A stretch of DNA of 64,000 nucleotides from Thermoplasmata archaeon. GTDB taxonomy: Archaea > Thermoplasmatota > Thermoplasmata > Lutacidiplasmatales > UBA184. Of this stretch, positions 5,936 through 16,690 are shown piece after piece. The notes under the pieces are model-generated. The model ran no database searches and was not told the origin of the DNA. It saw nothing but the letters and a program-made list of their open reading frames with translations. The position numbers and the translations under genes are program-made. The stretch spans positions 3,852 through 67,851 of the forward strand of contig JASHOP010000099.1 of NCBI GenBank assembly GCA_030041075.1, given 5' to 3'. The number at the start of each line of letters is the position of its first letter. Position 1 is the first letter of the stretch.

Positions 5936-8900
5936 CTACGGTGGCGATCCCGGGGGCGGGCCCCCCGCCGCCGGGACCTCGGCCGGTCCCGACCACGGGG
6001 CGGCCGGCGGCGGCGGGGCACGCCGACTCCGCAGGACCGCGACCACGACCCCCCCGATCGCGACAGCCGCGATCGCCAGCGCGATCTCGAAGTCGGGGTT
6101 GAGGTTCGACGGCCCGGCGTGCGTCGATGCGGTCGACACCGTGTAGTCGACCGACGCTCCCGCGGGGGCCCCGTCGACCAGGACCGTTCCGGTCCCGTGC
6201 GCGAGCGCGTAGCCGCCGACGTTCTCGAGCGAGTACGTCCAGCTCCCGTTCGGGACGGAGAACGTCATCGACGCGCCGGAGCTCGTCACGACGTGGGAGA
6301 AGGCGGAGCCGCCGAATGTGCCGTTGAGATACGCCGACCAGGCCGTCCCCGGCGCGAGGCCGCTCTCGGAGATCGTGACCGCGTACGTGACGAGCGTGAA
6401 CGTGACCGGGACGAGGTAGGACCCCCCGACCGTGGCGGACGCCGAGCTCGGGCTGACGGAATAGTCGGCGACCGGCAGGACCTGGTACGCGTAGGTCCCG
6501 GCCGTCACGTTGAACTCGAGCGAGTCGAGGGTGGTCGACTCCTCGACCCCGTCGAGCACCGCGGTCCAGCGCGTGGGTCCGATGAGCCCGGACTCGTTGA
6601 AGTAGACCGCCTCGACCGGCCCCGGCGGCCTGTACGTCGAGGAGAACGCGATCGGTTCGTCGTAGTTCGCCGAGATGTCGAGCGACCCCGTCGACGGCGA
6701 CGCCGAGTAGTTCGCCGGGGCGACGATCGAGAACGCGTAGGTCCCTCCGACGACCGTCGCGGCGATCGTCGTGACGCGGCCGGAGTACTCCTCGCCGCCG
6801 AGCCGGACCGCCCAGCTCGTCGCGGGCGGGAGGCCGGTCTCGGTGAACGAGACGGTGTAGAGCGCCGCGAAGTCGATCGTCTCGTCGACCGGGCCCGACA
6901 TGACGACCAGGCTGCCCGTCGAGGGCGAGATCGCGTAGCCGGTGACGGCGGCCACCGAGAACGCGTAGGTCCCGGGTGCCACGGCGAACGTGACCCAGCC
7001 GTCGACGGTCGCGAGCGTGGAGCGGAACGTCGCGTTGCTGAGGGTGACAGACCACGACGTTCCGGAGGCGAGACCGGCGTCGTAGAACGTGACCACGTAG
7101 GTCCCGGCGGTCGACCCGATCGGGTGGTAGTCCCACGCCCCGTTGGAGACGGAGTACGGATTGAGGACCCCGTCGGTGGACGCGTGCCAGTCGGCCCAGT
7201 AGTTCCCGATCTCGCCCGAGCTGTTGAACGCGTTGGTCGAGGCGTCGCTGAACGCCTGGATGTGGCTCGCGTCGTACACCGACGTCGCGCCGTTGTTGCC
7301 GACGAAGTCGTTGAGGTAGACGTGGTTGTGGCTCCCGTCCTCGATGTCGACCCCGTAGCCGGCCGACTGGACGAACGAGCTCTCCGTGACCAGGTTGTAC
7401 GACGCATCGGCGGCCATCTCGATCCCCACCGTGTCGCCGCTCGCCACGATCCCCGAGAACGTGCTCTCGTAGGTGCCGTTCAGGAGGATCCCGTAGTCGC
7501 CGTCGGTCGCGTTCAGCGACTCGACGGCGAGGTCGTCCGAGTAGTAGTCGAGGAGTCCCGCGGGGTAGACGGTCGCGTTGACGTCCGCGACGGTCGACTG
7601 GTCGGTGAGCTCCGTCAGCACCGCCGCGATCGGCAACCCGAACGGGGACGAGCGGAGTCCGTACCATGGCGATTTCAGGCTCGGGTCGGTCGCGGTGACC
7701 CCGTCCACGCGGAGCCAGTCCGCGCTCTCCGAGGCGACCCCGATCGAGAGGTCCGAGGCGGTGGTGGCGTTCACCCAGGTGTAGTTCGAGTCGACGATCG
7801 CCACCCCCAGCGAGAGCTCGTCGGCGTCGGTCGCGTTTGCGCTGGTCCAGTTGTCGGATAGTGCGGCGACCCCGACGGACCGGTTGTCGGCCAGCGTCCC
7901 CTCGACCCAGAGGTACGTCGAGTTCACGGCGGAGACCCCGATCGACCCGTCGGTCGCCGTGGTCGCGTTGACCCAGACGTCGCGGGAAGGGTCGACCTCC
8001 ACGCCGTACGCGCCGAGGTCGGCGGTCGTGTTGTCGACCGAGACCTCGGACGACGACACGACGTACACGCCGGTCGAGAGGTTGCCGGAGGCGAGGACGT
8101 TCGCCACGGCCACGGAGCGCGAGTCGAGGATCACGGCGCCGGCGCTGGCCGAGGCGTTGGCGCCCGAAGCCGCGACGTCCGAGACGGAAGCCTCGCGGGC
8201 GTCCTCGACCACGGTTCCGGTCGACCCGTTGGTCGCGTGGGTGTCCGAGATCGCGACGGGCGCGGAGCTGTAGACGACCCCGACCCCAACGGTTTCGGGG
8301 CCGCTCGTGTCGACGCCGCGGACGGTCGCGGACCCGACGGTGGCGTTGACCAGGAGACCGAGCGAGCCGTTGACCGCCGTGAGGGAGTCGACCGTGGCCG
8401 ACCCGGTCGCATAGAGGTAGACGCCGATCGTCGACGAGCCGTTCGCGTACGCGTCGACGACCGTCGGGTCCGAGGAGTCGACGAACTCCACCCCGGGGTA
8501 CAACGAGCCGTGGAACGAGTCGATGTCGTCGACCTCGGTGTCGATCGCGGCGTCTCCGAGGACCCCGATCGAGCCGTTGGTCGCCGCCACGTCGGCCACG
8601 AGCCCATCGATTCCGCCGTCCAGCTCCGCCCCCAGCGAGCCGTCGGTCGCGTTGACGAACCGCAGCGACGTGTCGTTGGCCCAGAACGCGTAGAGCCCGG
8701 CGGACGACGCCGAGGCGTTGAGCCCGACGAACGACCCGCCGGATCCTCCCTCCTCCAGGACGTCGGCGCTTCCGGAGTACGACGACAGGTTCGTCGCGCG
8801 GGCGTCCGAGGAGTCGAGGAGCGACAGGACGACGCCCCCGGCGAACGCCTCCGAGTCGGTGACCGTGACCCCCGTCGAGTCCGCGGCCCAGATCCCGAAC

Positions 8901-11023
8901 GAGTCGTTGAGGCTGGTGACGTGGGTGGCGAACGCGTCCTCGACATCCCAGAGCGACACCGCTCCGCCGCCGATCTCCAGCCCCAGGTCCGAGTATCCCC
9001 CCCGGAGGGTGAGGTCGTCGAACCGGTCGTCGGACCCGGACCAGACCGCGATCTGGTCGCCCCAGTCCGGCAGGTTGACGACCGGGGCGTTGGCGTCGAG
9101 GATGTAGGAGGTGTTGCCGTTCGGGGAGTCCGGCCCCTGCGAGATGTTGGTGATGTTCAGGGGGGTCGTGACCCCGTTGGCCCAGAGGAGGTCGAACTCG
9201 GGGAACCCGTAGTCGTTCACGTGGTTGAACGTGAGGTTGACATCGATCGTGAGGTTCCCGAACGTGTAGGGAGCGGGGCGGCCGGGCGTGTCCTCGACCA
9301 GGCTCTGGGCCTGGGAGTTCCCGTTCATGTAGATCGGCGCGTTCCACGTGTCACCGGTGGAGCCAAGGTCGATCGGGAAGTCGGCCCGGGAACCGGTGAA
9401 GCTCGTGTTCATCTCCGAGAACCCGTCCGCGAACGCCGTGAGGTTGTAGACCGCCACCCCCCCGATCGAGGGAGGGAGCTGCGTCGCCACCGTCCCGTTC
9501 GGGTCCGAGGGGGCGTAGCTGAGGTTCGCCGCGGGGGTCCCGTTGAGACCGATGAACGCGAAGCCGTAGGTCGGTGCCAGGTGCCCGGTGAAGCTCAGCG
9601 CCCCGGACTGGGCCTGCCGGGACGCGGGGGTGTTCCAGAGGCCGTAGAGCATCGAGGGACCCTGGGTCACGGTCTCCGTCGATCCCGACCACGTGCCCGC
9701 GACGCCGATCGCCGTCTCGCCGGTGTCGGTCCCGTAGTCGTACGCGGACGGCGCCGGCTGCCACACCGAGCCGTTCTGATACGCGAGCGACAGGGATCCC
9801 GATAGCGAAGCGACGACCGCGTTCGACCCATCGCCCGGTCCCCCGAACACCAGCTCGGCGTCCTCCAGGGTCATGTTGTTCGGGGCGAGGCTGCTGCCGT
9901 TGATCTGATAGTCCGGCGTCCGGAGCGGCTCGAGGAGCGTGGGGGTCGAGTGGAACACCACCGAGTCGTAGGTTCCCGAGTAGACGCGCTGGTCCGGTAG
10001 GGCGCCCTCCACGATCGTGTAGCCGAAGCTGACCGTCGACCACCGACCGTCGAGCGTCGAGGCGTCGTTCGAGAGCTCGATTGTCATCGGGTACTCGACC
10101 GGGAACGACGGCCCGTAGTCGTAGTAGAGTTCCCCCGGCACGAGCGTGCCGCCGTACGACAGGAGGGTCCCCGATTCCATGGTCGCGTTGGGACTCGATA
10201 GGTTCCAGACGTTGTCGACCAGCTGGATCGTGCCGCCCGAGAACAGCACGACGTTCTGGGCCCAGAACGCGCCCTGATCCGATCCCGGATACGAGATGTT
10301 CGTCACGACGGTGTTGAGCTGGACGCTCGACTGCCAGGGCGAGGCCGCGGCGTTCGGGCTCGATCCATCGTAGAAGTACGATCCGGTATCCTCGTAGAGG
10401 CTCCCGCCCGAGGCGTTGTAGTCCGAGAGCGTGAGCGTTCCCTCCACGCCCGGGGTGTACACGGTATAGGGCCCGTTCGCGCCGAGACCGAAGTCGCCGA
10501 TCCCCATCGGGGCCGGGGATACGGTGACGACGGGAGACACGGCCTGGCTCGGCGTGGTGACGTGGTCGTCGAGCAGCGTGAGGCTGGGGAGGAAGGCGGC
10601 GGAGGCCGGGAGCTGGCCGTCCGCGATCGATCGCGTCACCGCGGAGACCCAGCCCGGGGTTTCGGGCGATACGAGCGAAGGAGGGCCGGTCGAGAGGCCG
10701 GGGGCCGCGGGATCCGGCGATCGGGCGGCCGTCGCGGCCGAGAGCGACGGGGAGAGCGACGAACCGACGTGGGGTACGGCGCCTCCGAGCGACGCGGCGC
10801 GATCCGGGCCGGATCCGAGGGCCGGTTCCGGAAGGTGGAGGAGGCTCGAGATCCCGCTCGGCTCCGAGGGTGCGTTCGTGGCCGCTACCGTCGCAGACGA
10901 TGAGGGGAGTGCGCCCTCGCGCGCTCCCGGGATGCTTCCCGCGGGAGCGAGCATCAGGGCGCAGACGCCCACGACGATCGCCGCGACGATCGACCGGCTC
11001 CGATCGCGGCGCGCGACCCGCAT
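5936..11023 (-). CDS. Giant (1695 aa) cell-surface glycoprotein: signal peptide, right-handed beta-helix (NosD/pectate-lyase-like) repeats, thermopsin-like C-terminal repeat domains, C-terminal TM anchor with Pro-rich cytoplasmic tail
   Basis: N-terminus MRVARRDRSRSIVAAIVVGVCALMLAPAG. More than 100 N-x-S/T sequons. Repeated NATxGSxGV / SIGVxxxxSxxxWV beta-helix units. Near the C-terminus there are repeated units such as TFYDAGLASGTSWSVTLSNAT...GTYAFSV...GYAISPSTGSL, typical of thermopsin-associated archaeal surface domains. It ends ...FEIALAIAAVAIGGVVVAVLRSRRAPPPP.... Confidence 0.85.
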   Translation of the reverse strand: MRVARRDRSRSIVAAIVVGVCALMLAPAGSIPGAREGALPSSSATVAATNAPSEPSGISSLLHLPEPALGSGPDRAASLGGAVPHVGSSLSPSLSAATAARSPDPAAPGLSTGPPSLVSPETPGWVSAVTRSIADGQLPASAAFLPSLTLLDDHVTTPSQAVSPVVTVSPAPMGIGDFGLGANGPYTVYTPGVEGTLTLSDYNASGGSLYEDTGSYFYDGSSPNAAASPWQSSVQLNTVVTNISYPGSDQGAFWAQNVVLFSGGTIQLVDNVWNLSSPNATMESGTLLSYGGTLVPGELYYDYGPSFPVEYPMTIELSNDASTLDGRWSTVSFGYTIVEGALPDQRVYSGTYDSVVFHSTPTLLEPLRTPDYQINGSSLAPNNMTLEDAELVFGGPGDGSNAVVASLSGSLSLAYQNGSVWQPAPSAYDYGTDTGETAIGVAGTWSGSTETVTQGPSMLYGLWNTPASRQAQSGALSFTGHLAPTYGFAFIGLNGTPAANLSYAPSDPNGTVATQLPPSIGGVAVYNLTAFADGFSEMNTSFTGSRADFPIDLGSTGDTWNAPIYMNGNSQAQSLVEDTPGRPAPYTFGNLTIDVNLTFNHVNDYGFPEFDLLWANGVTTPLNITNISQGPDSPNGNTSYILDANAPVVNLPDWGDQIAVWSGSDDRFDDLTLRGGYSDLGLEIGGGAVSLWDVEDAFATHVTSLNDSFGIWAADSTGVTVTDSEAFAGGVVLSLLDSSDARATNLSSYSGSADVLEEGGSGGSFVGLNASASSAGLYAFWANDTSLRFVNATDGSLGAELDGGIDGLVADVAATNGSIGVLGDAAIDTEVDDIDSFHGSLYPGVEFVDSSDPTVVDAYANGSSTIGVYLYATGSATVDSLTAVNGSLGLLVNATVGSATVRGVDTSGPETVGVGVVYSSAPVAISDTHATNGSTGTVVEDAREASVSDVAASGANASASAGAVILDSRSVAVANVLASGNLSTGVYVVSSSEVSVDNTTADLGAYGVEVDPSRDVWVNATTATDGSIGVSAVNSTYLWVEGTLADNRSVGVAALSDNWTSANATDADELSLGVAIVDSNYTWVNATTASDLSIGVASESADWLRVDGVTATDPSLKSPWYGLRSSPFGLPIAAVLTELTDQSTVADVNATVYPAGLLDYYSDDLAVESLNATDGDYGILLNGTYESTFSGIVASGDTVGIEMAADASYNLVTESSFVQSAGYGVDIEDGSHNHVYLNDFVGNNGATSVYDASHIQAFSDASTNAFNSSGEIGNYWADWHASTDGVLNPYSVSNGAWDYHPIGSTAGTYVVTFYDAGLASGTSWSVTLSNATFRSTLATVDGWVTFAVAPGTYAFSVAAVTGYAISPSTGSLVVMSGPVDETIDFAALYTVSFTETGLPPATSWAVRLGGEEYSGRVTTIAATVVGGTYAFSIVAPANYSASPSTGSLDISANYDEPIAFSSTYRPPGPVEAVYFNESGLIGPTRWTAVLDGVEESTTLDSLEFNVTAGTYAYQVLPVADYSVSPSSASATVGGSYLVPVTFTLVTYAVTISESGLAPGTAWSAYLNGTFGGSAFSHVVTSSGASMTFSVPNGSWTYSLENVGGYALAHGTGTVLVDGAPAGASVDYTVSTASTHAGPSNLNPDFEIALAIAAVAIGGVVVAVLRSRRAPPPPAAPWSGPAEVPAAGGPPPGSPP

Positions 11024-11046
11024 GCCGCGCTTACACCGGGGGGGTG

Positions 11047-11056
11047 CCTATAAGGG
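11047..11056 (-). promoter_or_regulatory. TATA box (rc CCTTATAGG) about 26 nt upstream of the giant surface-protein ATG; implies a leaderless or near-leaderless transcript
   Basis: ggataagcccTTATAGgcacccc...ATG on the coding strand. Confidence 0.45.
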
Positions 11057-11280
11057 CTTATCCAAAACGGAGCGGACGTTCGCGGTGGGAACGGCGCCGG
11101 CCGGCGCGGACCCCGCCCGCCTTCCCCGAGTCGCTCGTCCGACTCCCGGTCCCCGTGCGCCTCCCGTCGCCGCATTCTCCTTCGGCGCGCGGAGCGGTGG
11201 CCTCGTGGCACGGGTTCCACCCCGATCGCGGACCGGTCCGGGGCGGCGACCGGATCGCCCGGCCCGTCGTCCTCGCTCGA

Positions 11281-14040
11281 TCAGGTGGCGAACCGGTGGC
11301 CCATCACGAACGGAAGCACGCCCCCGGAGCGGTAGTACTCGAGCTCCGTGGTCGAGTGGATCGCGAGCTCGGTGGCGAACTGCGTCACGCCGCCCTGGGG
11401 GGACGTGGCCGTCACCTCGACCCCGGCCCGCGGTGCGAGACCCGACCCCGGCGTCAGGCGCAGGTCGAACGCTTCCCGGCCCCCGAGCCCGAGCGACCGC
11501 CAGCTGTCGCCGCGACGGAAGGCGAGGGGAAGCACCCCCATCTCGATCAGGTTGGTCCGGTGGATCCGCTCGTAGCTCTCCGCGATCACGGCCCCGACCC
11601 CGAGGAGGCGCGGACCCTTGGCGGCCCAGTCCCGCGAGCTTCCCTGGCCGTAGCTCGACCCCGCGAGGACCAGGAGCGGCACGTGCTCCGCGCGGTAGCG
11701 CTCGGCCGCTGCGAAGATCGTCATCGGCTCGCCGGACGGGAGATGGACGGTGAACCCGCCTTCGCGCGGGGCGGCGAGGGCGTTGCTCAACCGGACGTTG
11801 GCGAACGTCCCGCGGATCATCACCTCGTGGTGACCTCGTCGCGACCCGTAGGTGTTGAACGCGCGGGGGGCGACGCCCCGGCGGAGGAGGTACTCGCCCG
11901 CCGGAGAGTGCTCGGGGATCTCCCCCGCCGGGGAGATGTGGTCGGTCGATACCTTGTCGCCTAGCACGGCGAGCGCCCTCGCGCCCCGCACGAGCTCGTC
12001 CCCCCGCGGGAGGAAAGGCGGGCCCAGGGCCAGGTAGGGCGCCTCCGCCAGGTACGTCGACTCCGTAGACCACGGGTAGCGGACCCCCGTCGGGGCGTGG
12101 AGCTCCTCCCAGTGGGCGTCGCCGACCTCGATCGAGCGGTACTTCGATCGGAACAGGCCCGGGTCGAGGCTCTTCGCCACCAGCCGTGCGACGTCGCCGC
12201 CGTCCGGCCAGAGGTCGCGGAGTCGGACCGGTGCGCCGTCCGGTCCCCGCCCGATCGGGTCGCGCGCTAGGTCGACGTCGATCCTCCCCGCGAGGGCGTA
12301 GGCGACGACGAGCATCGGCGAGGCGAGGTAGTTCGCCCGGACCTGGTTGTGGATCCGAGCCTCGAAGTTCCGGTTGCCGCTCAGGACGGCCGCCACGAAT
12401 AGGTCCCCGGCCTCCACCGACTCCCCCACCCCCGGTCCGAGCGGGCCGGAGTTGCCGATGCACGTGGTACAGCCGTAGCCGACCACGCCGAACCCGAGCG
12501 CGGTCAGCTCGCGGAGAAGTCCCGCCCTCTCGAGATAATCCGTCACGACCTTCGAGCCGGGCGCGAGGGACGTCTTCACGTGCGGGGGCACCGAGAGACC
12601 GAGCTCGCGCGCCCGCTTCGCGAGGAGCCCGGCGCCGACCATCACCGTGGGGTTGGAGGTGTTCGTGCAGCTCGTGATCGCCGCGATCACGACCGAGCCG
12701 TCGCCGACCCCCGGTGCGTCGTGGGCCCGGCCGGCTCCGCGAAGCCGGTCGAGCTCGCCGTCGAACGGGCGGAGCGGGTCGTCCGACGGGTAGGCGGGCG
12801 TTCCGGCCGCCTCCGACGGGCGGGGATGCGCTTCTCGGTACTTGCGGAGGGCCCCCCCGAACGACTTCGGCACGTCGGAGAGCGGCACGCTCTCCTCGGG
12901 ATTCCGGGGACCGGAGACGGTCGGGACGATCGACGCGAGGTCGATCGAAACGACGTCGTCGTAGTCGACCTCGCCGGCGGCCGGCGCCCCCCACCCCCCG
13001 AGCGCGCGGGCGTACGCCTCCACCCGGGCCGCCAGGGCCTCCGGGCGCCCGGTCCCGCGGAGGTAGGCGATCGTCGCCTCGTCGACGGGGAACAGGGCCG
13101 AGGTCGCCCCGTACTCCGGGCACATGTTCGAGACCGTGGCCCGGTCGGGAACCGAGAGCGACTTGATGCCGGATCCGAAGAACTCCACGAACCGGTCGAC
13201 GACGCCCTTCTCGCGCAGGCGACGGGTCACGGTGAGGACCAGGTCCGTAGCGGTGGTCCCCGTCGGCAGCGATCCTACGAGCTCGACGCCGACGACCTCG
13301 GGTCGCGGGAGGAAGTACGGCTCGCCGAGCATGACCGCCTCCGCCTCGATCCCCCCGACGCCCCACCCCAGGACCGACAGTCCGTTCACCATCGTGGTGT
13401 GCGAGTCGGTCCCGATGATCGTGTCCGGGAACGCCTCGGGAGCCCCGGGGTCCCCTCCCAACTGGACGACCGTCGCCAGGTACTCGAGATTGACCTGGTG
13501 GCAGATCCCGTTGCCCGGAGGGACGACCCGCAGGTTCGAGAACGCCGACTTCGCCCATCGCAACAGGCGATAGCGCTCCGCGTTGCGCTCGTACTCCCGG
13601 TCCAGGTTGATCGCGACCGAGCCCGGCGAACCGTAGCTGTCGACCTGGACCGAGTGGTCGACGATCAGGTCGACCGGGACGACCGGATTGATCCGCTCGG
13701 GGGAGACGTGGTGGCGGGCGGCCGCGTCCCGGAGGGTGGCGAGGTCGACGACCACGGGGATCCCCGTGAAGTCCTGGAGGAGCACCCGCTCCGGGTAGAA
13801 CGGGAGCTCGATCGGCCCGGGGGTGCGGTCCCCGTTCGCGAGCGCGACGAGCGAACCCGGGTCGACCGCGCCCTCCCGATAGTGGCGCACGACGTTCTCC
13901 AGGATCAGCTTGAGCGTTCGCGGGCGCCGGGCGAGCCGGGCCGGATCGACCCCGTTCAGGCGGTCGATCCGGCAGACGGTCGCCCGGGTATCGCCCAGCG
14001 CGAGAGACTCGCGGACTCCGAGCGGGTCACGGCGGCTCAT
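11281..14040 (-). CDS. acnA: Aconitate hydratase (aconitase A / IRP-like), 919 aa
   Basis: ...PGNGICHQVNLEYLATVV..., VIAAITSCTNTSNP, GCTTCIGNSGPL are aconitase signature regions. Its ATG overlaps the upstream ABC ATPase stop (ATGA). Confidence 0.9.
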   Translation of the reverse strand: MSRRDPLGVRESLALGDTRATVCRIDRLNGVDPARLARRPRTLKLILENVVRHYREGAVDPGSLVALANGDRTPGPIELPFYPERVLLQDFTGIPVVVDLATLRDAAARHHVSPERINPVVPVDLIVDHSVQVDSYGSPGSVAINLDREYERNAERYRLLRWAKSAFSNLRVVPPGNGICHQVNLEYLATVVQLGGDPGAPEAFPDTIIGTDSHTTMVNGLSVLGWGVGGIEAEAVMLGEPYFLPRPEVVGVELVGSLPTGTTATDLVLTVTRRLREKGVVDRFVEFFGSGIKSLSVPDRATVSNMCPEYGATSALFPVDEATIAYLRGTGRPEALAARVEAYARALGGWGAPAAGEVDYDDVVSIDLASIVPTVSGPRNPEESVPLSDVPKSFGGALRKYREAHPRPSEAAGTPAYPSDDPLRPFDGELDRLRGAGRAHDAPGVGDGSVVIAAITSCTNTSNPTVMVGAGLLAKRARELGLSVPPHVKTSLAPGSKVVTDYLERAGLLRELTALGFGVVGYGCTTCIGNSGPLGPGVGESVEAGDLFVAAVLSGNRNFEARIHNQVRANYLASPMLVVAYALAGRIDVDLARDPIGRGPDGAPVRLRDLWPDGGDVARLVAKSLDPGLFRSKYRSIEVGDAHWEELHAPTGVRYPWSTESTYLAEAPYLALGPPFLPRGDELVRGARALAVLGDKVSTDHISPAGEIPEHSPAGEYLLRRGVAPRAFNTYGSRRGHHEVMIRGTFANVRLSNALAAPREGGFTVHLPSGEPMTIFAAAERYRAEHVPLLVLAGSSYGQGSSRDWAAKGPRLLGVGAVIAESYERIHRTNLIEMGVLPLAFRRGDSWRSLGLGGREAFDLRLTPGSGLAPRAGVEVTATSPQGGVTQFATELAIHSTTELEYYRSGGVLPFVMGHRFAT

Positions 14041-15047
14041 GTCCGGGCGAGGGCGGGCGGCTTCTTGGGCTCTTTGGGCGCCGGCGGCTCCGGGTCTTCC
14101 GTCAGCGGTTCGGCGCGCCGCCAGCTCACCCGCACCGTCTCGTCGAGCGCCGGCGGCGAATCGACGAGCGCCTCCAGGCGCTCTCCGTCGGGTCGTCCGA
14201 GCACCACGACCGATCGACGGCCGGTCGTGCCCCCCGCGACGACCCGGTAGAGCGGTCCGTCCCCGACGTCGAGGAGAACGTCCTCCGGGTGGACGGCGAC
14301 CGGGCCGGCGGGACCCCGGACCACGTTGTAGCCGAGGAACCGGGCCGCCCGGACGGTCCCCGGGTGCCGGTACAACGACTCGGGCGGGGCGGTGCCCGCC
14401 AGCCTCCCCTCGAACAGGAGGGCCACGCGATCCCCCAGGAACAGTCCCTCCTCGCGGTCGTGCGTCACGTGGATCGCCGCCGTACCTGAGGCCCGCAGGG
14501 CGGCGCGGAACTGGGTGCGGAGGTCGGCCTTGATCTCGACGTCCACCGACGCGAACGGCTCGTCGAGGAGGACCACGCGGGGCCGGGCCGCCAGCGTGCG
14601 GGCGAGGGCGACACGCTGCCGTTCGCCGCCCGAGAGCTCGGACGGGTGGCGATCGAGTAGGGGTCCGAGCGACAGGAGGTCCGCGAGCCGGTCGACCTCC
14701 CCCCGGACCTCGTCCTCGGCCCGTCGCTGGAGGAGCGGTGCGTAGGCGACGTTCTCGAACACCGTCCGGTTCGGGAACAACGCGGAGTCTTGGAAGAGGA
14801 GCCCAATCCTACGCCGGTGGGGCGGCGTTCGTCCGAGGTTGACGCCGTCCAGGTGGACGGAGCCGGTGGCCGGCCGCTCGAACCCCGCGATCGCCCGGAG
14901 GAGCGTGGTCTTCCCGGCGCCGTTCGGGCCGAGCAGCGCGAGGACCTCGCCGTCCCCGACCGCGAGGTCGAGGTCGCGGAGCACGGTCCGGCCGTCAAGC
15001 CGCACGGTGAGGCGACGGACCTCGAGGACCGGGGGTCTATCGGGCAC
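14037..15047 (-). CDS. ABC transporter ATP-binding protein with C-terminal TOBE-like domain (PotA/FbpC/ThiQ-type importer ATPase)
   Basis: Walker A GPNGAGKTTLLRAIAG, signature LSGGERQRVALARTLA, Walker B VVLLDEPFASVD. Probable GTG start (VPDRPPVLEVRRLTV). The N-terminal extension in the track overlaps the permease. Confidence 0.8.
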   Translation of the reverse strand: MPDRPPVLEVRRLTVRLDGRTVLRDLDLAVGDGEVLALLGPNGAGKTTLLRAIAGFERPATGSVHLDGVNLGRTPPHRRRIGLLFQDSALFPNRTVFENVAYAPLLQRRAEDEVRGEVDRLADLLSLGPLLDRHPSELSGGERQRVALARTLAARPRVVLLDEPFASVDVEIKADLRTQFRAALRASGTAAIHVTHDREEGLFLGDRVALLFEGRLAGTAPPESLYRHPGTVRAARFLGYNVVRGPAGPVAVHPEDVLLDVGDGPLYRVVAGGTTGRRSVVVLGRPDGERLEALVDSPPALDETVRVSWRRAEPLTEDPEPPAPKEPKKPPALART

Positions 15048-16690
15048 GGATCCTCCCGGCGAGGGCGATCGCGAGGAAGACGGCGAGACTGACCAGGAGG
15101 AGCAGGGCGGCGGCCCCATCGCTCGCGTCGCTGAACCGGAGCGTCTCGAGCTCGTAGGCCGCGACGCTGAGGGTCGTGTACTGCGTGGTGACGAGGAAGT
15201 TGGTCGCGGTGAACTCGCCGAACCCGATGGCGAAGGCGAAGAGGCCGGCGACCAAGAGCCCGCTGCTCGCGAACGGCAGGTCGGCGTCCCAGAACGCCTG
15301 CCAGCTCGAGGCCCCGAGCGCGCGGGCGGACTCGTTCGCGGTCCGGGGGAGCGCGAACAGGGGGATCTCCAGGCTCTGCACCACGAACGGGAGGGCGAGC
15401 GTCGCCTGGCTGACCGCGATCAGGATCCAGACCATCGTCTCGCCGCCCAGGATCGGCCGCCAGAACTGGGCGAGCGAGAACGCGAGCAGGACCGGGGAGA
15501 TCAGGAGCGGAACGAACAGGTAGGCCGCAAGCGGTCGTCCCAGCCGCGGTCGGCTCCTCAGGGCGACCGCCGCGACGAGGGCGAGCACGAGGGCCACGGA
15601 CGAGGCGAGGAGCGCGAAGCCGAACGTGTTGCCGACGACGCCCAGGACGGAGAGCCCGAGCGCGTCGGCCGTCCGCGGACTGAACAGGTCCGCCCAGGGC
15701 GCCCCGAACCCCTCCCGCCCCCCCGGCACGACCGACCGGTAGAGGACGGCGCCCAGGACGATGACGATCCCCGCCCAGACCGCCGCGCTCACCGCCGCGA
15801 GCGCGATGGCGACCGGACCACCCTCGCGCGTGCGTGGGCGGGTCCGCCGTGCGGGCCACCCGGATCCCGAGAGGCGCCTCGACACGAGGATGTAGGCGAC
15901 CGTCGGCAGGACGAGGAGGAGGACCATCGCCAGCGCGAGCAGGCTCGCCGCGGTCGAGTTCAGTTGGCTGAAGTCGAGCGAATAGACCTGGGCTTCGAGC
16001 GTGTAGCACCTCGGGGAGCCGCAGAGGACGATCGGCGCGGCGAACGCGAGGGCGGAGAAGAGGAACGTGAGCAGGGCCCCGGCGGCCGCTCCGGCGAGCG
16101 ACGGACCGCACCAGACGTCGCGGTAGGCCCGCGCCGGGCTCCCCCCGAGCGCCGCGACGCTCTCCTCGAGCGCGGCCGGGGCGCTCTCGCAGCCCAGCGC
16201 GGTGAACAGCACCACGACGGGGACGTTGAAGACCAGGTTCACGGCGACGATCCCGGGGACCCCGTGCCCGAACCATCCCAGCGATGGCCACGCGGCCGAG
16301 AGCAGCCCCCCGGTCCCGAACAGGTCGACGACGGCCAGGACCACGACCAGGCTCGGCAGGAGGAACGGGACGAGGACGAGCGCGCGCACGATCGACCGGC
16401 CGGGCCAGGCGTAGCGCGCCAGGTAGACCCCGGCGGGATAGCCCAGGGCGAGGGCGACGGCGGCGCTGAGGGCTCCCTGGACGAGCGAGTTGCGCACGGT
16501 CGCGAGGTTGGCCGCCTGGGTCACGACCGACGCGAACCCTCCGAGGCCGCCGCCGCGCTCGAGACCGGTCGCGAACAGGATCGCGACCGGGGCGATCGCG
16601 AACACGAGGACGAAGACGACGATCGGCGCGAGATAGGGAAGGCCGGCCCACCGACCCGACCCGCCTACGCTCCCCCGAGGCTCTCCCATG
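15037..16690 (-). CDS. ABC transporter permease, fused two-domain type (FbpB/ThiP-like)
   Basis: Roughly 550 aa hydrophobic protein with two repeated permease modules (EAA-like loops) occupying the C-terminal two-thirds of ORF 15037..17556. The upstream part of that ORF is an Arg/Gly/Asp-rich spurious extension. Start is ATG 16690 or 16701. Confidence 0.7.

Noticed and set aside
5337-9347. 1336-aa ORF (and 580-aa ORF 6119..7861 on +) overlapping the giant surface-protein gene
   Set aside because: Arg/Gly/Asp/Pro-dominated, non-protein-like translations in alternate frames of a locus occupied by an obviously genuine glycoprotein gene. These are GC-rich frame artefacts.
11048-13558. 836-aa minus-strand ORF and several + ORFs overlapping acnA
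   Set aside because: Low-complexity Arg/Gly/Pro-rich translations. Aconitase in the other frame is unambiguous.
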